Assembly (NCBI GenBank): GCA_016748015.1
Contig: JAAOMT010000354.1
Span: 50,187 to 114,186 of the forward strand
Reading direction: 5' to 3'
DNA: 64,000 nucleotides
DNA from: Geosiphon pyriformis uo1
Lineage: Eukaryota; Fungi; Glomeromycota
Each line of letters begins with the position of its first letter. The stretch's first letter is position 1. Made by a program: the position numbers and the translations under genes. Shown here in pieces: positions 25,733 to 40,139 of the stretch. The notes beneath the pieces were generated by a model. The model ran no database searches. It saw only the letters and a list, made by a program, of their open reading frames with translations, and was not told the origin of the DNA.

Positions 25733-28700
25733 ATATATTTGTGTCAATAGTTTTCTAGTCTAATTTTAAATATTAGCTGTTAATAATTTTTTTATTATAA
25801 AACAAATAAGTGATATAATAATAAAATTACTACAAAGCTAAATTTTTTAGTATTTTCAAATATAGTCAAATTAAAAACTCAGTTAGAAAATTTGTTTAGC
25901 TTAATTTTTAATTTGCCAATAAAACTTTATAATCTGGTTTTGGTTTAAAATATATTTTTTTCTTTGATATATTAATAACTAGTCTTATTTAAAAAATAAT
26001 TACTTATAATTTTAGAAAAATAAATATTTTTGCCAAGCAAAATAATATTATTAAATAGTATGTAAATTCTAATAATATAATTTTAATTATTATAAAAACA
26101 AAATTAATGTTTAGTATTAAGTTTTAAATTATAAATAAATTTGATAAAGTTTAGATTTTTATATTTGGTCTGGATAAAAATTTTCTTGGTGTTGGTTTGG
26201 CTTTTATTATAAATAGTTCTCTGACTTAAATATGTTTTAAAAATAGAAAAAATATTGGATTAAATAATTTTAGTATATTTTTTGTTTAAAAATAAGCTTT
26301 TGGTCATAATATTAAATTTATATATTAGTGTTTCTGTTAAAACTAGGTTTAATTAAATATCAGAGATTAATTTTTTTATTGTCAAAATAATTAATTTCAG
26401 CTTTTTTATGGTTTTTGAAAGAAATTTCAATGAAAATAGATCAAAAAAAGTGTAAGTTTCAAGTTTTGTTTGAGTTTAAAATTGGCTAATTTTTTTAGTA
26501 AATATTTATTAGTTAAAACTTTTACTTAAAAATTTTTAAAGAAGTTGAAAAAGTTATTGACTATGTTTTAATAAATAAAAATTATTTATTTGGAGTTGTA
26601 TATTATAAAATTAACTTTATATTTGGCTATTTAATACTAATTATAAGATAGTTTTAGTCTTAATTAGTTTAGAAAGTCTCTTAAATATTTGTTTGAATAG
26701 TATTTGCAAGCAGACTAATAAAAATTATTAGAAATTTAATATAAAAGATGCAGACAAGACCAAATAAACACACTTTAATAACTGTTTTTCTAATATATTT
26801 TTAATATTATTAAATAAATTTATGAAAGCAAAAAGTTTTAGTAGTTTAGATTTAATATAAAAAGTGTTAAAAAAAGTGGTAATTAACTTAACTAATAAAG
26901 TTTTTTCTTAATATTGGTTTAATAAGTTTGATTATTTAAAAAACAAGCTATTTTCAAGTTTTTTAAGTTAAAATTACTGATGGTTAGAATTGTAAAATAT
27001 TAATTTGAGGTAACAAACTCGAATTTAATTATTTTATTAAAACTTAATAATTGTTAATGATAAAAAAGTCTTTAAAATTAGCAAACTGATTTAGAATAAT
27101 ATAAAATTAGTAAATCTTATTAAATATTTGTTATTAATTAAAAAAAATATAAAAAATCTAAATATTATAAATTAAAAACAACCAAAAGTGCATTTATTAA
27201 AAAAATAATTAAAAAGTGTATGAAAATTTTTTACTTTGATAAAAGATACATAATAAAAAGTATTTTAAAGTAATCTTTTTATAAAATAATTTTAAATTAC
27301 TTGATAATTGAAAAAAAAATTGTTTTGAAGCCTGATAAAGTAAAAAATAGAATTAATAGAATTATAAAAAAATAGTTAAAAATCAAGTTTTGTTTTTAGT
27401 ATTGTCAAATCTATGATTTTACCAATATGTACTTTTGGGTTATATGAATAATAATTTTTTTTCTGGTGTTATAATAGAAATCAACATAAAAAATTTGGTT
27501 TTAGTTATTGGTAATTTGTTTAATAGCAAAATTATTAGTCTGTTTAATATATTTAATAAGCTTTAAAAGCATTATGACAATTTAGTTTTAAAGTTCTGTT
27601 GAATTTTTATTTAATTTTAAGTAATGTTTTAATTCTTTAAAAGAAAATATAAATTTCAATAATTCTTAAGTTTTATAATTAAGATGGTATTTTAACAAAT
27701 ATACAGTTTATTGTACTAAATAAGACAATTAAAAAAATTCTGTTTAAAATTCTGTTTAAAATTCTATCTGATTAAATTTTAAATGTTTACAACAATTTTA
27801 GTATTTTTCATAAAAATAAATTATGGTTTTAAAAAATATATTAACTTAGGTTTTTGTGTTTATTGTTAAATTAGTATTTGAAAATACTTTGAAAAAAAAC
27901 AAAAAACTTTGGTTAATCCTATAAGATATATATAAAACTTGAAACTTAATTGATTAGTATTATTTAAGAATTAATTTATAATATATTAAAACATATAATC
28001 AATTTATAAAAATTTTTAATAATATATATAAAAACAGAATAAATAAGATAATAACTAACTTTGGGCTTTTATATAATTATACAGTTTATAATAAGTTAAA
28101 TTAAAATAAGATTTTTTATATATATATATATAAAAAATAAAACATTTATATAAATACCAGATTAATACTAAAAACAATAAAAGAAAGATATCATTTGTTG
28201 TAGTAAGTGTCTTTATAAATAATATAATTTGAAATGAAAATTATTAAGTTTTTACTCAGTATATTTTGAATATTGTTAATAAATTTTTTGGAATTAATAA
28301 TGTTTTAATTAACAATATAAAAACAATAGCTATTTTTATTAATTAAAATATTAAAACAGCTTTTTTAAAGATTAGTAATTTGTTTATTTTAATTGCTAAG
28401 AAAAATAAACTATATAAATACTTAAATATTTTTTTGTTAATTAAAAGTCTGTTTAAGCTAAATTTGGCTAAGATTTATTTTAACATTTGGTTTTTTGTCA
28501 ACTTAGTATTGCAAAAAACAATTACAAATAAACAATTTTTCTATTTAATATTAGCTATATTGTAGTCTATAGTCAGTTATCATTTACAGTTTAGTTTTAT
28601 TTTAAAGAATATATGTCACAAAAAATTAAAAATTTTTTTTTTTCATTGATCCTCTGGTTACAATAAGAGCATAGAGTAGTCAAAAAAATACAATTTTTTT

Positions 28701-31700
28701 TTTCTTTTATCCTTTCTGTTTTTGCCATCATTTTTTTGTTTACATCTATATTTGTTGCTATAAAACTGGTAAGTTTATTTGCTGATGATTCTGGTTTGAC
28801 TGGATTGGGGATCCAGTCTGGTACTATGAAAAAAGCAAGAGTTGAAAGTATTTATTCTTATAATCTTTTATACAAAAAAATCAAAAAACTTAAAGTTACT
28901 GTTGGTATAGTGAAATTGTTAGCTGGCTTATTGTCTGTTAACATGCTATATGCTGAAGAAAATGGGTGTAAAAAGTTCTGGGGCAATAAAATTAATAGTA
29001 AAGAAGCCAGTATAAGTAAAATATAAAATATTAAGAACATAAAAAATACAATTGCTAAAGAAATAAGTTATGTAAATTCTAATGTCTCTAAAACAGATAA
29101 TATAATGAATAATACAACTTTGAAAAAGACATAAACAAATACATATGTCCTAAAACAACTATTGAGTACACTTTTCTTTAATAGTTTAAGTAATAATAAC
29201 ACTAAATTAGTGTTTCCAGTGCCTAAATTTGCTGGTTTCAAAAAGCTGCCATTTGCTAAATTGTAAAATAAGAATGTTAGAAATTTTGAGTTGAATAAAT
29301 TATTTGTACTAGATGTTGAGCTTTTTACAATATCTAGCAAAACCAATAGAGATAAGTTGCTGTTTATTAAAAAAAAATTTTTTATCATGTTGATGGTTTT
29401 AGGAGAGTGTCAACTTTTTCAAAATTTTTTGAAATAATTAGATCTACTTTTACTTTGGAATCAAGTTTGCAAAAGATTAGAGGGATGACCATTAATGAAA
29501 AAATCTTAGTTAATATTGATGTTAAAAAACCAAACAGCCATTCAAATCAGAATGTAATCATTAAAAAAATTTCAGTTGATTTTCTTAAATTGGCTGTAAA
29601 ATCAATTTTTTCTAAATTTGGTAAGATAGTTTCAATCAAGATACAACTGATTGGTCTTTGGCAAAAGACCTTAGTTAAGTTTAAATTATCAGATGTTGTC
29701 TGTTTAGTTGCTTTTAAATGATCTGTTCTTATGGAAAAAAATTCTGTGCATGTGACTTTGGTAATTAAAGATAAACAATCATGAGTATCAAGAAATTAAT
29801 ATTAAGTATTGTTGTATATATTGCCAGTTGAAATTACTACTCATAATTTATCTAATTTATTGAAATCTTATGATAGAAAAACTTGCTTTATTGGCCATAA
29901 TCTAAGTTCATATGTGTATAATAGATGTGCTATGGTTTGTTTTGCTAATAAGGCATTCAAAAAAACTATTATTAATTTTGTTCTAGTTTTTAAGAGTGTA
30001 AATTTGTATTAGACTGGTCTTTTTTTGGCTTGTTGTTCTTAATGTAAACAATTTTGTCATGTTTTTAGTATATATTTAATGGATGAAAATTCCAAATTTT
30101 ATGGTAAATGAGTAATCACTTCTTAGGACCAGATTTATTTGGCCAATATTAATAAAAAGAAGCAAGTACTAATTGTCTGCTCAATGTTTTTTAATGAAAA
30201 AACTTGGACTCAAATTGCTGGTGGTTCTAATTTTTGTGTGGTGTCTTTAGCTCTCCACAGTACTGGTTTATTTTTGGATATTAAACCTCCTCTAATAATT
30301 TCTTTAGATATAAATGATAGGTTTGCTGCTCTCAAATACAGTTTTATTAGCCTTGTAAAATAAGTTAACAAGCTGACTAAGAGGTTGGATACATCTAGAC
30401 CAATGATTTTCTAGTTTAGTCCTAGATATTAGCCATTGGTGACCTTTTTATTACAGAATCGAGAGGCAAATACAGTAATAAATGAGAATTCAAGTGCAAC
30501 CACTAATAATAGAATTAATGCTTAAGCAGAAGTTTTGAATTTATCAATCATTAAAAAGTTCGAAGATAATATAAACAATTTATCAAATTTGGTTATGGGC
30601 TTATTGACCAAAATGGATAATAAGAGTTTGGTTTCAGATTCCTTTTATCAACAATAAATAGTCTTATTTAAAAAATAGTTATATGTAATGTCAGAGGTAT
30701 TAACAATTCTGTTAAGCAAGCTGATATTATTTATTGATACAAAAATATGAACAATATGATTTTAATTGTTACTGAAACTAAGTTAAAAGATAAAATCTGT
30801 CTGTAGATTGCTAATAAATTTGATGGTATTTATGTCTTTACTTCTGGTTTAAACTTTAAGTACTTGGGTTTCAGTATTGCTATTATCATAGACAATGCCT
30901 TAGTAAAACATGTGTGTAAAATTTCTAAGATTTTTGGTTGCCTTTTTTCTGTTAAACTACTATTCAAGAACAAGCTTTCTGTTTTGATTTTGTGGCTGTA
31001 TGTTAATACTACTTTGTCTGTGCATTTTTTTTAAGCTGATAAAATTAATTTCTTAATTACAAAGTCTGTGAATGAATCTACTTTTGTTACCCTAAGTAGT
31101 AATTTCAATAAAAATAGTTCCTGCAAGTGTATTAGTTTTAAAAAATGCTTTGACTTAGAGTTAATCAATTCTTTATTAGGAAGTTTAGTTGTAAAAAGTT
31201 CTACTTGGAATAATTCAAAGGGTGCTAAAAAAACAATTGATTACATTTTTATTTTTTTGAATTTGGTCAATACAGTTGTATATTATGATATTTTGGATAT
31301 CATTAAACACTTTGACACTAATTACTGAGCTGTTTCTATGTCTGTGGATTTGGATAGACTGTTAAATATGTAATTAATCTTTTTTCACAAACAGGCAAAT
31401 AGAAATTGTTAAAAGTTTAATTTTAAGAGTGCTAATAATATCAAATAAACCAAATTTAAGGAAGTTATAATAGCAAATACTGCTATGTTTTTTGATGAGT
31501 TCATTGTATCTAAAAAATTCTCAGATTTGAACATAATATAGAATATTATTTACAAGACAATAAGTCTGTTAGCTAAAAATTTTTTTTAAAAAGAAGTGGT
31601 TTAAGAGCTATAATGATATCTTTATTAAAGAATTATTCAGGTTTTACAAGCTGGAACTTTTGGTGTTTAAGATTGTTAAGACATCTCATCTGGTTTTTTA

Positions 31701-34515
31701 TAATAAATTTACATCATTATTAGATACATAAGATGACTTTGATGCTAATAATGCTTTAGTAATAAAATAGTTTTTCTTTTCAGAGTTTCATCTTAATACT
31801 ATTAGATCAGTTTTGCCTAAAATTAGAAAGTTTTATTGCTTTTCTAAAATGTTGGAATTGAAGTGTGCTAAAGAGTCTCAGATTAAATTGGCAATTGATG
31901 AAAATAAAAAATTTTGAAGTAAATAAGAGTCATATTATTAGAAGTGTATTGGAGTATTTTTTTTACAAAGTGATGTTAAATTATCTTGTTATTAATAATG
32001 AACTGATTCTTAAGTTTAATCTGGTTAAGGCCAAAGTGGATATGATTGTAAAGAACTGGACTAAAAATATAAACTGATTATAGATCTCTAGTAATTGGTC
32101 TTGTCAGTATCAACCCTTAAAATATGTCTTTGATGATGCTTTCTCAAATGTAATGTGTCCTGTTAGTCTTGATAAGTTGTTCAATGTGGTTTCTGATCTG
32201 CCCAATGGCAAAGCTGCTGGTCTTTTTAATATCTCTAATAAGTTTTAAAAATGTTGTGACAGATCTGTTTTTGGTGCTTTTAAATTTCTGTTTGTCTTGT
32301 AAATTTGTGCTTAATGTTTGGAAAGAAGCTTGAATTTCGATAATTCTTAAGCCATATGAATAGAAAGACATTTTTATGAATACTTAACTTATTGCTTTAA
32401 TTAAGACTGCTTGTAAAGTACTTTCTAAAATTCTCTTTAATAGAATTTCTGTGGTGTGCAGCATTTTTGATGTTCTTTGTGGAAACAATTTTTCAGTTTT
32501 AAAAGGTATAATAACTCTTATTTTTGCTATTAGTTCAGTATTAAAGATTCCTTGGAGAAAAACTGCAAACTCTGGCTGGTTTTACAAAACATGCAAAAGA
32601 CTTATGATTCTGTTGGGTGGGAATATCTTAGGAAAAGCTTGGTTAGAATTAAAATATATGATAAGTTTATAAGATTTTTTGGTAGTATTTATAATGATTG
32701 TGTTAATAAGGTTATAATTGACTTTGGATTAATAAGTAATTATTATGTATATGATAGTTTGGATTAGAGAGAAATGTTTTTATCTCTTTTTTAGCACATA
32801 TTTTACAATTTTCTTCTTTGTAAAGTCAAGAGACAGAAAAGTTTATATGGTTATAAATTGAATTTTTATTTTGTTGCTAAGACTGGTTATTTAGAATTTT
32901 GAGCTAAATTAATATCTTTTCTTACTGCTGGTGCTTTTGTTAACAATACAATCTGAGTTGGTAACAGTCAAACTAATATTCAACATATTTTTAATATTGC
33001 TAGTAAATTTTTTTGGATTAATAACATCTTAGTTAACAATAACAAAATAATAACAATTTCTATTAATTGCAGAGTTGTTTGCACTTCTTTATTGATTAGT
33101 AGTTTGCTTATTTTCATTGCCAAAAAGGGGAAATCTCATTGTTATCTAAGTATTTTTTTATTTACTGAAAGTTTGTCAAAGTCTAGCTTGGCTAAAGTGT
33201 ATTCAAATATTAAGTTCTTTGCTAATTTTGTTTTAAAGAAAGCCATTTTAGACAAACAGTTTTTGTATTTGATATTAGTAGTTCTCCATTTTATTGTTAG
33301 TTATAAAACACAATTTAGCTTCATTCCTATTAGTGTGTATAACAAATAAGATGCTTTAATTTACAAGAACTTAAAGTTAAAGTTTGGTCTGCCTCTCAAT
33401 TTTTCTAATAACACACTTTATCATTTTTTTTTGTATAATTTAAAAACTTTTAAGCAAGTCTGAACTGAAAACAAATTGGCTTCTGTTGTGTATTTTGCAA
33501 ACTCTATTGAAATTTTGGGCCATCTGTTTTTATACAAGTCTCATGACTTGTAAGTTCTGTCTTGATGTTCACTTTAATTTTTGATTTTCTCAGCTTATAT
33601 TAGGGTCAGTTTTTTTAATAATTTTTTGGTAAGTGTGGCTTATATTCTTTTTAAGTGTAATTTGTTTTTGGGTAGTTCTATGAACAATGCTTTCTGTCTT
33701 TATGATAGAACTTTTATGTCAGCTGTTTTTGGCATGTTGAGATTTTTTAAGTTTTTCTTTTTACTTTAATATTATGGCATTGTTTTTATAGACCAACTTT
33801 ACAGTAAAGATAATACTATTTTTAATTAGAAAACCTTCAAGTATTGGAAGAAGTTAGATCTATTTGGTCCTGTTTTTAAATAGTTTGAGTTTTTGGCTGA
33901 CTTTCTTAGTAGTATGGTTTTCTCTTTTGTATACTCTTATTCTTTAGGTGCTATTGGATTTTTAAATATTCTTGAGTCTTGTGAGTTTAAAGTGGTTCAT
34001 AATTGTTTGTTGAATATTGGTAATAGTAGTTTTTCAGTTTATACAAATGGGTTTTTAAAAAACTTGAGAAAAGTTAGTATAAAAGCTAGTGTAGCAGTTT
34101 TTTTGAGAATATAAACTTGAATTTGAGTGTTAAAATTTTGGTTTGATGTCTTCTACTTTGGCAGAGTTGTAAAATATTAAGTTGGCTCTTAAGTATGTCT
34201 CTGTTCTTAGCTCAGTTTACTTTTTTATGAACAGTTAGGCTGCTTTAGATGTGTGCAAATTAGTATTAAGTTTGGTATATTTGAATTTTTGGAATTAATA
34301 TTGAATTAAACATTAGCATATCATAAATGTTATGTATAAAAAAAGTTTGAATATTAGTTAACATAAAGTAAAGAGTCACTTAAGTGTTTTGGGTAATAAA
34401 CACACTGATATACTTACTGATACTGCTTTTTTTTTCTTTTTGGCACTTTTTTTTATGGCTGAAAGAACATTATATTATGGCTGAAAATAGTGTTGTTTTT
34501 GGTAATTTTAAATAT

Positions 34516-35365
34516 TGTTATTTATAAAATATAAGAAGTATATTAGCATATAAATTAGCCAATCAGAAGTAGCCATAGTAAAGGTAGAATTACAGAATTT
34601 TTTTCAGAGAAATTGCAGAATTTCAGAAATTTCAGAATTCTTATACAAGGTATTACAAAATTCCAAAATTCCTTTCAAAGAAATTGCAGGATTCCAGAAA
34701 TTTCAGAATTATTGGTGCAAAAAATTGAAAAATTGAGAAATCTCAATTATGTATATATAGCAGTAGCATTAGAAGTAGAAAAGAGAGATCTCTCAGTTTA
34801 GATTTGATTTAAGCAATCTTTCTATTTACAAATATCAATAAATAATTATTCATTATTTCAATTTGTTCTCTGCTATTAACACTTTATGTTAATAGTAACA
34901 AATACTTAACCACACTAAAATAATAGCTTTTGATTATGGCTATTGATAAGATATTAACATTCATTGTCTTTGCTTATTTTTTTCTTTTCTTTTACTTTCT
35001 TTTTTTATTTTTTGTTATTTGATTTTTGTTTTTGTCTTTTTTTATTTGAATTACTAACTTGATTAAAAGAATTAACATGTGAAAGTGCTAACATCAGGAT
35101 ATAAGTAATTAGTAAAAGATCTAGAAATAAGAGTAGAATACTTAATTGAGAATAACTTGCCAGGAGGATTACCAGTTATTATGCTGAGAAAAAAATTTGA
35201 TGGAATTGCAGTTCTGGGAAGCTATAAATAAAACAAAAAGTAAATCTCTGTCCATTATACAAAGAACTCAACCAAAATCTTCAGAAACCAACATCATAAT
35301 ATCAATTGAGCACCAAGTTACAGGTTTGTTATTTGCTTTGAGACCTCAAATAATTACTTGTAACA
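34516..35365 (+). repeat. 5' LTR of element B
   Basis: TGTTA...TAACA; GAATTC-rich U3 and TATATATA box. Confidence 0.93.
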
Positions 35366-35399
35366 TTTAGTGCTCTCTGTGAAGTATAATTTAACAAAG

Positions 35400-38100
35400 A
35401 ACTAGCACCAATAGCACCCATTCAAAACAGTAATAGAATTCGAAAAAACAGAAACAAACCATTTGAGATTTGCAAAATTTTTATTTTAACATTATTACAC
35501 CTATTTTGAATTAACAAATAATAGTTGGCCAACAGAATCAGCTTTCAATTGCTACATTAACAAGAGAATAGTATATCATTTGGGAGGCCAAAAAAATCTA
35601 GAATCTACTTTCAACAATTTTTTCAGTAAACTACTCTAAAGCATCATTCTTTCACAAAACTACTTATTTGCACCTCTAATTACAGAAATAAACAGAGAAA
35701 TTGAAAAATACATTAAGCAAAAATTTTCTATCACTTTTGCTGACAAAAAAAAAGAAAGATTACAAATACCAACAGAAACACCAAAGCAAATCCAACTACC
35801 CACTTGAAAAAAACAAAGATTTGATTCACCTGCTAATTCATTATATTACCACACACCCAGAAATACTATTAATATAATAAGTACAGCTACAACAAGCATA
35901 ACAATGCCACTGAATAGAATTCTATTTCAAAGTAAACAAAAAAAAGCAGAATTATTAGGAACATATAGCAATGATTTTGAGAGATTTAAATTGCAATTTC
36001 CAATGCCATCAGAAATTTAATTACCACTATTACAATCAGATTTCGGAACTACTAGTCTCTAGAAAATAACTGACTCTAAGAAAGAGAAAAGCAGTAATTA
36101 AAAAATTAATAAACAAAATCTGATCACAGAAAACCTGAAAAATGAAACCCCAAATATTCAAACTCAAAAAAATTAGAACAATCCCAACTCTGACATAATT
36201 AATCAACAACACTTACTTCTGATAAACATAATCAATCAGCCACCAATTAAACTGATTGTTAAACCAATTTAACTGCTGCAAATACCACCTCAACAACAAC
36301 TACTTCAATAACTGCTAATTGTATCAATGGCTTATACACCAATCACCAAGCTAAAAAAATTCACTGGCAAAAAAAAATGCCTAAGTTTGGCTCAATGACA
36401 TAGTCAAAGCAATAACTGCCAACAACTGAGACAATACTAAAGCAATGCAAGCCATCCCATACTTTTTACAAGACACTGCCAATTCTTGGTACCAAAATCT
36501 TGTAAACAAATCCTAAGTTTTCAATGCATTTAAAGTCACATTCCTGCAATATTTCAGTGATCATAATAGTATTAATTGCTTAACAACTAATTTCACTACT
36601 ATCAAACAAGGAGACACTGAAGCAGTCACAACTTACTTAGGATGTTGCTACTGAAATCTGCATCAAATTTAGGCTATTGACGCAAACTACTTTATAGTAC
36701 TCCAAATTTTGAATCAGTTTATTTGCAGATTGCATAGCAGCCTATTACAACATGTATGTCTACTATGTCCAGCTACTTTTCAGGGTGCCATTAACCATGC
36801 CAGAAATTTAGAATCAACTAAATTAGAAGCCAACCACACCCAAGCCATAAATCTAGTAATGAATGGATTATTTAACTTGGATTCTAAGTTAAAACAATTC
36901 AGTAATTCTATTAATCAAAAATCAAAGAAATACTTAGCTAATAATCAAGCCATCTATTAACCTTTATAATGACAAAATAATTAAGGAAACATGAATTGTT
37001 TTCAAAATCAGTCACATTTATCTTTATCATACAATCAATTATGGCAGCAAAAAATACATATTTGCTACAACTATGATAAACAAAATTATTTGAGAGCCAA
37101 CTGCCAATTTTATAATAACTCACAATTAGGAAATCAATACAGAAACTCTGATCACAGATTCCAAACTCCAAACTATCAATCAAATCCAGAACCATATCAA
37201 CCAAATTACTTACTCATGATGCAGCAACCAATCTATTAACCACCAATTTATTAGTCTCCAGCATCTGTAGTTTATTAACTGCAGTTCCAATCTATCTATT
37301 AGCTATAGCTGCAAGTAATCTATTAACCCCAATAAATTCCAACACCACCACCAAACGCAGCTCAAATAACATCAGAAAATTCCAGATCTAGAGTTACTCA
37401 AAACTGGAAATCAGTAATAGTTGTTTATCAACTGATTCTCAGTTTCTTAACCCAACAATCAGAATCTTACCAGTGGAGTTTGAGAATTAGATAGATTCAA
37501 AATCTGAATTTCCAGCACTACTTAAGTCTCCTGGTTACCCCAGAAGATGCCTCATCCAATAATTAAGAACCCAATTAGAAGCAGCCACTTAACAGCAATA
37601 TTCCACCAGCAACCAGTATTGAGGACAAAACACTTACAGCTATATTCTCTTTTAAACTTAAAAAAACTGCTCCAGTCCTATTATTCAGTAAAGTTGCATT
37701 TGACACCAAACCTATTACTGCAATGTACACTAATACCAAAGTTAATGGTCATTCCATCAAACTGATTTTAAATAGTGGATTAGCTGGCAGTATTATTACA
37801 TAACAATGCATAGACCAATTAAGTTACTAAGTTGATCATATGGCCAGCACCATAATCATTACAGCTGATGAAGCAACCAAAACTCTCATTGGTGAAATTG
37901 ATGACTTAATTATTAAAATCAATGGCATTATTGTACCAATCAAAGTCTTGGTAATGAAAGCAACCTAATACCAAGCACTTGTTGGCAATGATTGATTGTC
38001 TAAAACCAATACTGTACTTGACTGGACCACCCAGGAATTGGAACTTAGCCAGAATGGACAACAGACACATGTACCAGCCATGTATAGTCACTTCAAGACC
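35400..38100 (+). pseudogene. gag: Element B gag and aspartic protease
   Basis: MAYTPITKLKKFTG, QILNQFICRL, decayed knuckle CYNYDKQNYLRANC; IKLILNSGLAGSII, ALVGND*L. Confidence 0.85.
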
Positions 38101-39199
38101 ACTTACACCACAGCATCACTCATTAAGTTCAATGACAAAGAAAAAAAACCTACCTGAGAAGCCTACCAAATTTCCTGGGCTGATACTAAACACAATGAGT
38201 TACTGCCAGTACTTTCTTGGGATGACAAAAGAAAGAGAAAAAAAAAAACACACCAGAAAAAAACACTACCACAAAAGAAATAATTAGTGACTGAGAAAAA
38301 TTTTATACTCATGAACCACTAAAGCAACCATCATACATTTCACTTAAATACCAAGATTGTAATAAGAATCTTTCTTCTATAAAAGTATGGATTGCACTTG
38401 ACAAAAACTATTGGACATACACACATTACTACTGCAAACCATGCTACAGAAAACATTATGAGTACTCCAAACAACAAGACAAATAAGACAACAAACTATG
38501 TTTCACTTGTGGAAAACAGTTACTTGATAAAGAAAATGGAAAAACATTCCTGGTCAAAAAAAAATGTGCAATATTTTGTGCCAATATACAATCCTCATTA
38601 GCAACTGGGTCAGTCATAAAACACCTTTTAATGCCACATAAAACCATGTTTTAGCATATTTAAATGGCTATTCACACAACAAAGATGAGATCTGGAGAAT
38701 AGCAAGTGCCAAAGTCAAAGGCACTTCATTTAACAAAATCTTAGAGATTAAGAATAATCCACCAGAACCAGTCAAAACTTTTTTTATTCCCAATCCAGAT
38801 GCTTTCCTTGACATTAAAACTGGTCCAGAAGAATTCCATGAACATTATCAGAATTTGGCACCCACTTGGGAACAACAAGTACAATGTTTGAAAGAAATAA
38901 ACACACAACTATGTGACCACTGTTTGATTTCATGTAACTTTGAATATTGTAATGAGTGTGATCTCATTTACAATCCACCACCATACATGATTTACACAAT
39001 TCCCAAAGAGGAAAAACCAATCAGCAACTGCACATTGGAATCAGAATTAAATTTTAATCCCAATTCAAACTCTAACAACAACAATGAAAACAACAGTTCC
39101 AGTTCTATTTAACATAACAATTACAATAATAACAATTCAAACTCAAATTTAAATCCCAAACAATACATCATGCTCTCTGATCTTACCAAAAAGCAGAAA

Positions 39200-39630
39200 T
39201 TGAAATGATTCAGCAATAATAATGAAAGTATTATGTCAAAACATGCACATAATACTAATGCTGAATTTGATTTGAGATATTTAGGGAAAGACGCCATTAA
39301 ATTAAAACCATATTTGCACACCTGTATTGATCTCAAAATAGCACTAAAAATTCTAGCAACAACAATAGTTCAGTTAGCATCCAGAAGTAGTTTAGCAAAA
39401 AAAGAGATTAATATTAAAAGAGGAATAATTAATGCAAAATATGTAAGAAATATCATTGTAATATTACAAAATAATTTAAAAAAGATGTATATTATAGAGC
39501 CAAATGAAAATATAGCACAGGCAATATTCTTGCCTTTGGTTAAAATAGCTCAATTAATATTAGTGAAAAACAGAGAAAAATTAGAAATTACAGTTAAAGG
39601 AATACAGAAATTTGGATCTATGAGTAGAAT
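39200..39630 (+). pseudogene. dut: Element B dUTPase domain
   Basis: NAEFDLRY, VQLASRSSLAKK, GIINAKYVRNI, NIAQAIF, KGIQKFGS (ORF 39233-39697). Confidence 0.9.
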
Positions 39631-40139
39631 AGATGTACCAGTCAATATGACAAAGAAAAAGATTGTTGACAAGAGAAAAATTATCTCCACTCATTAATCA
39701 ATTTTTATTCTACCATATAACCAGTACATGTTAGCCATAGAAAAAAAAGTAAAAGATCAGATTTAAATTTTTGAAGCAAAAACAATACTTTGTGAATCAG
39801 AAAAAATTGGATTAGTCAATCTATGCATACCAGTTAAAAACCACAGTTACATCAAAATTCCTATCTACAATAACATGAGAGATGTTATCAAAATACCAAA
39901 AAAAACTATCATTAGATATTTAACCACCAAAATCGAAAACCAACTACCAAATCCCATTTCAGATTTTCCACAACTGTGTGGATATATGAATATCACATTA
40001 CAAACAATATACAGATGAGAATGTTATTTGCTCCAACCAGAAAAATTGGAATAAATGAACATGAAAAACTTAGATCTATTTCAACATATACAACTCAAAA
40101 TGTTATTCAACAACTTCATCATCATTTTTGCAAGTAAAA

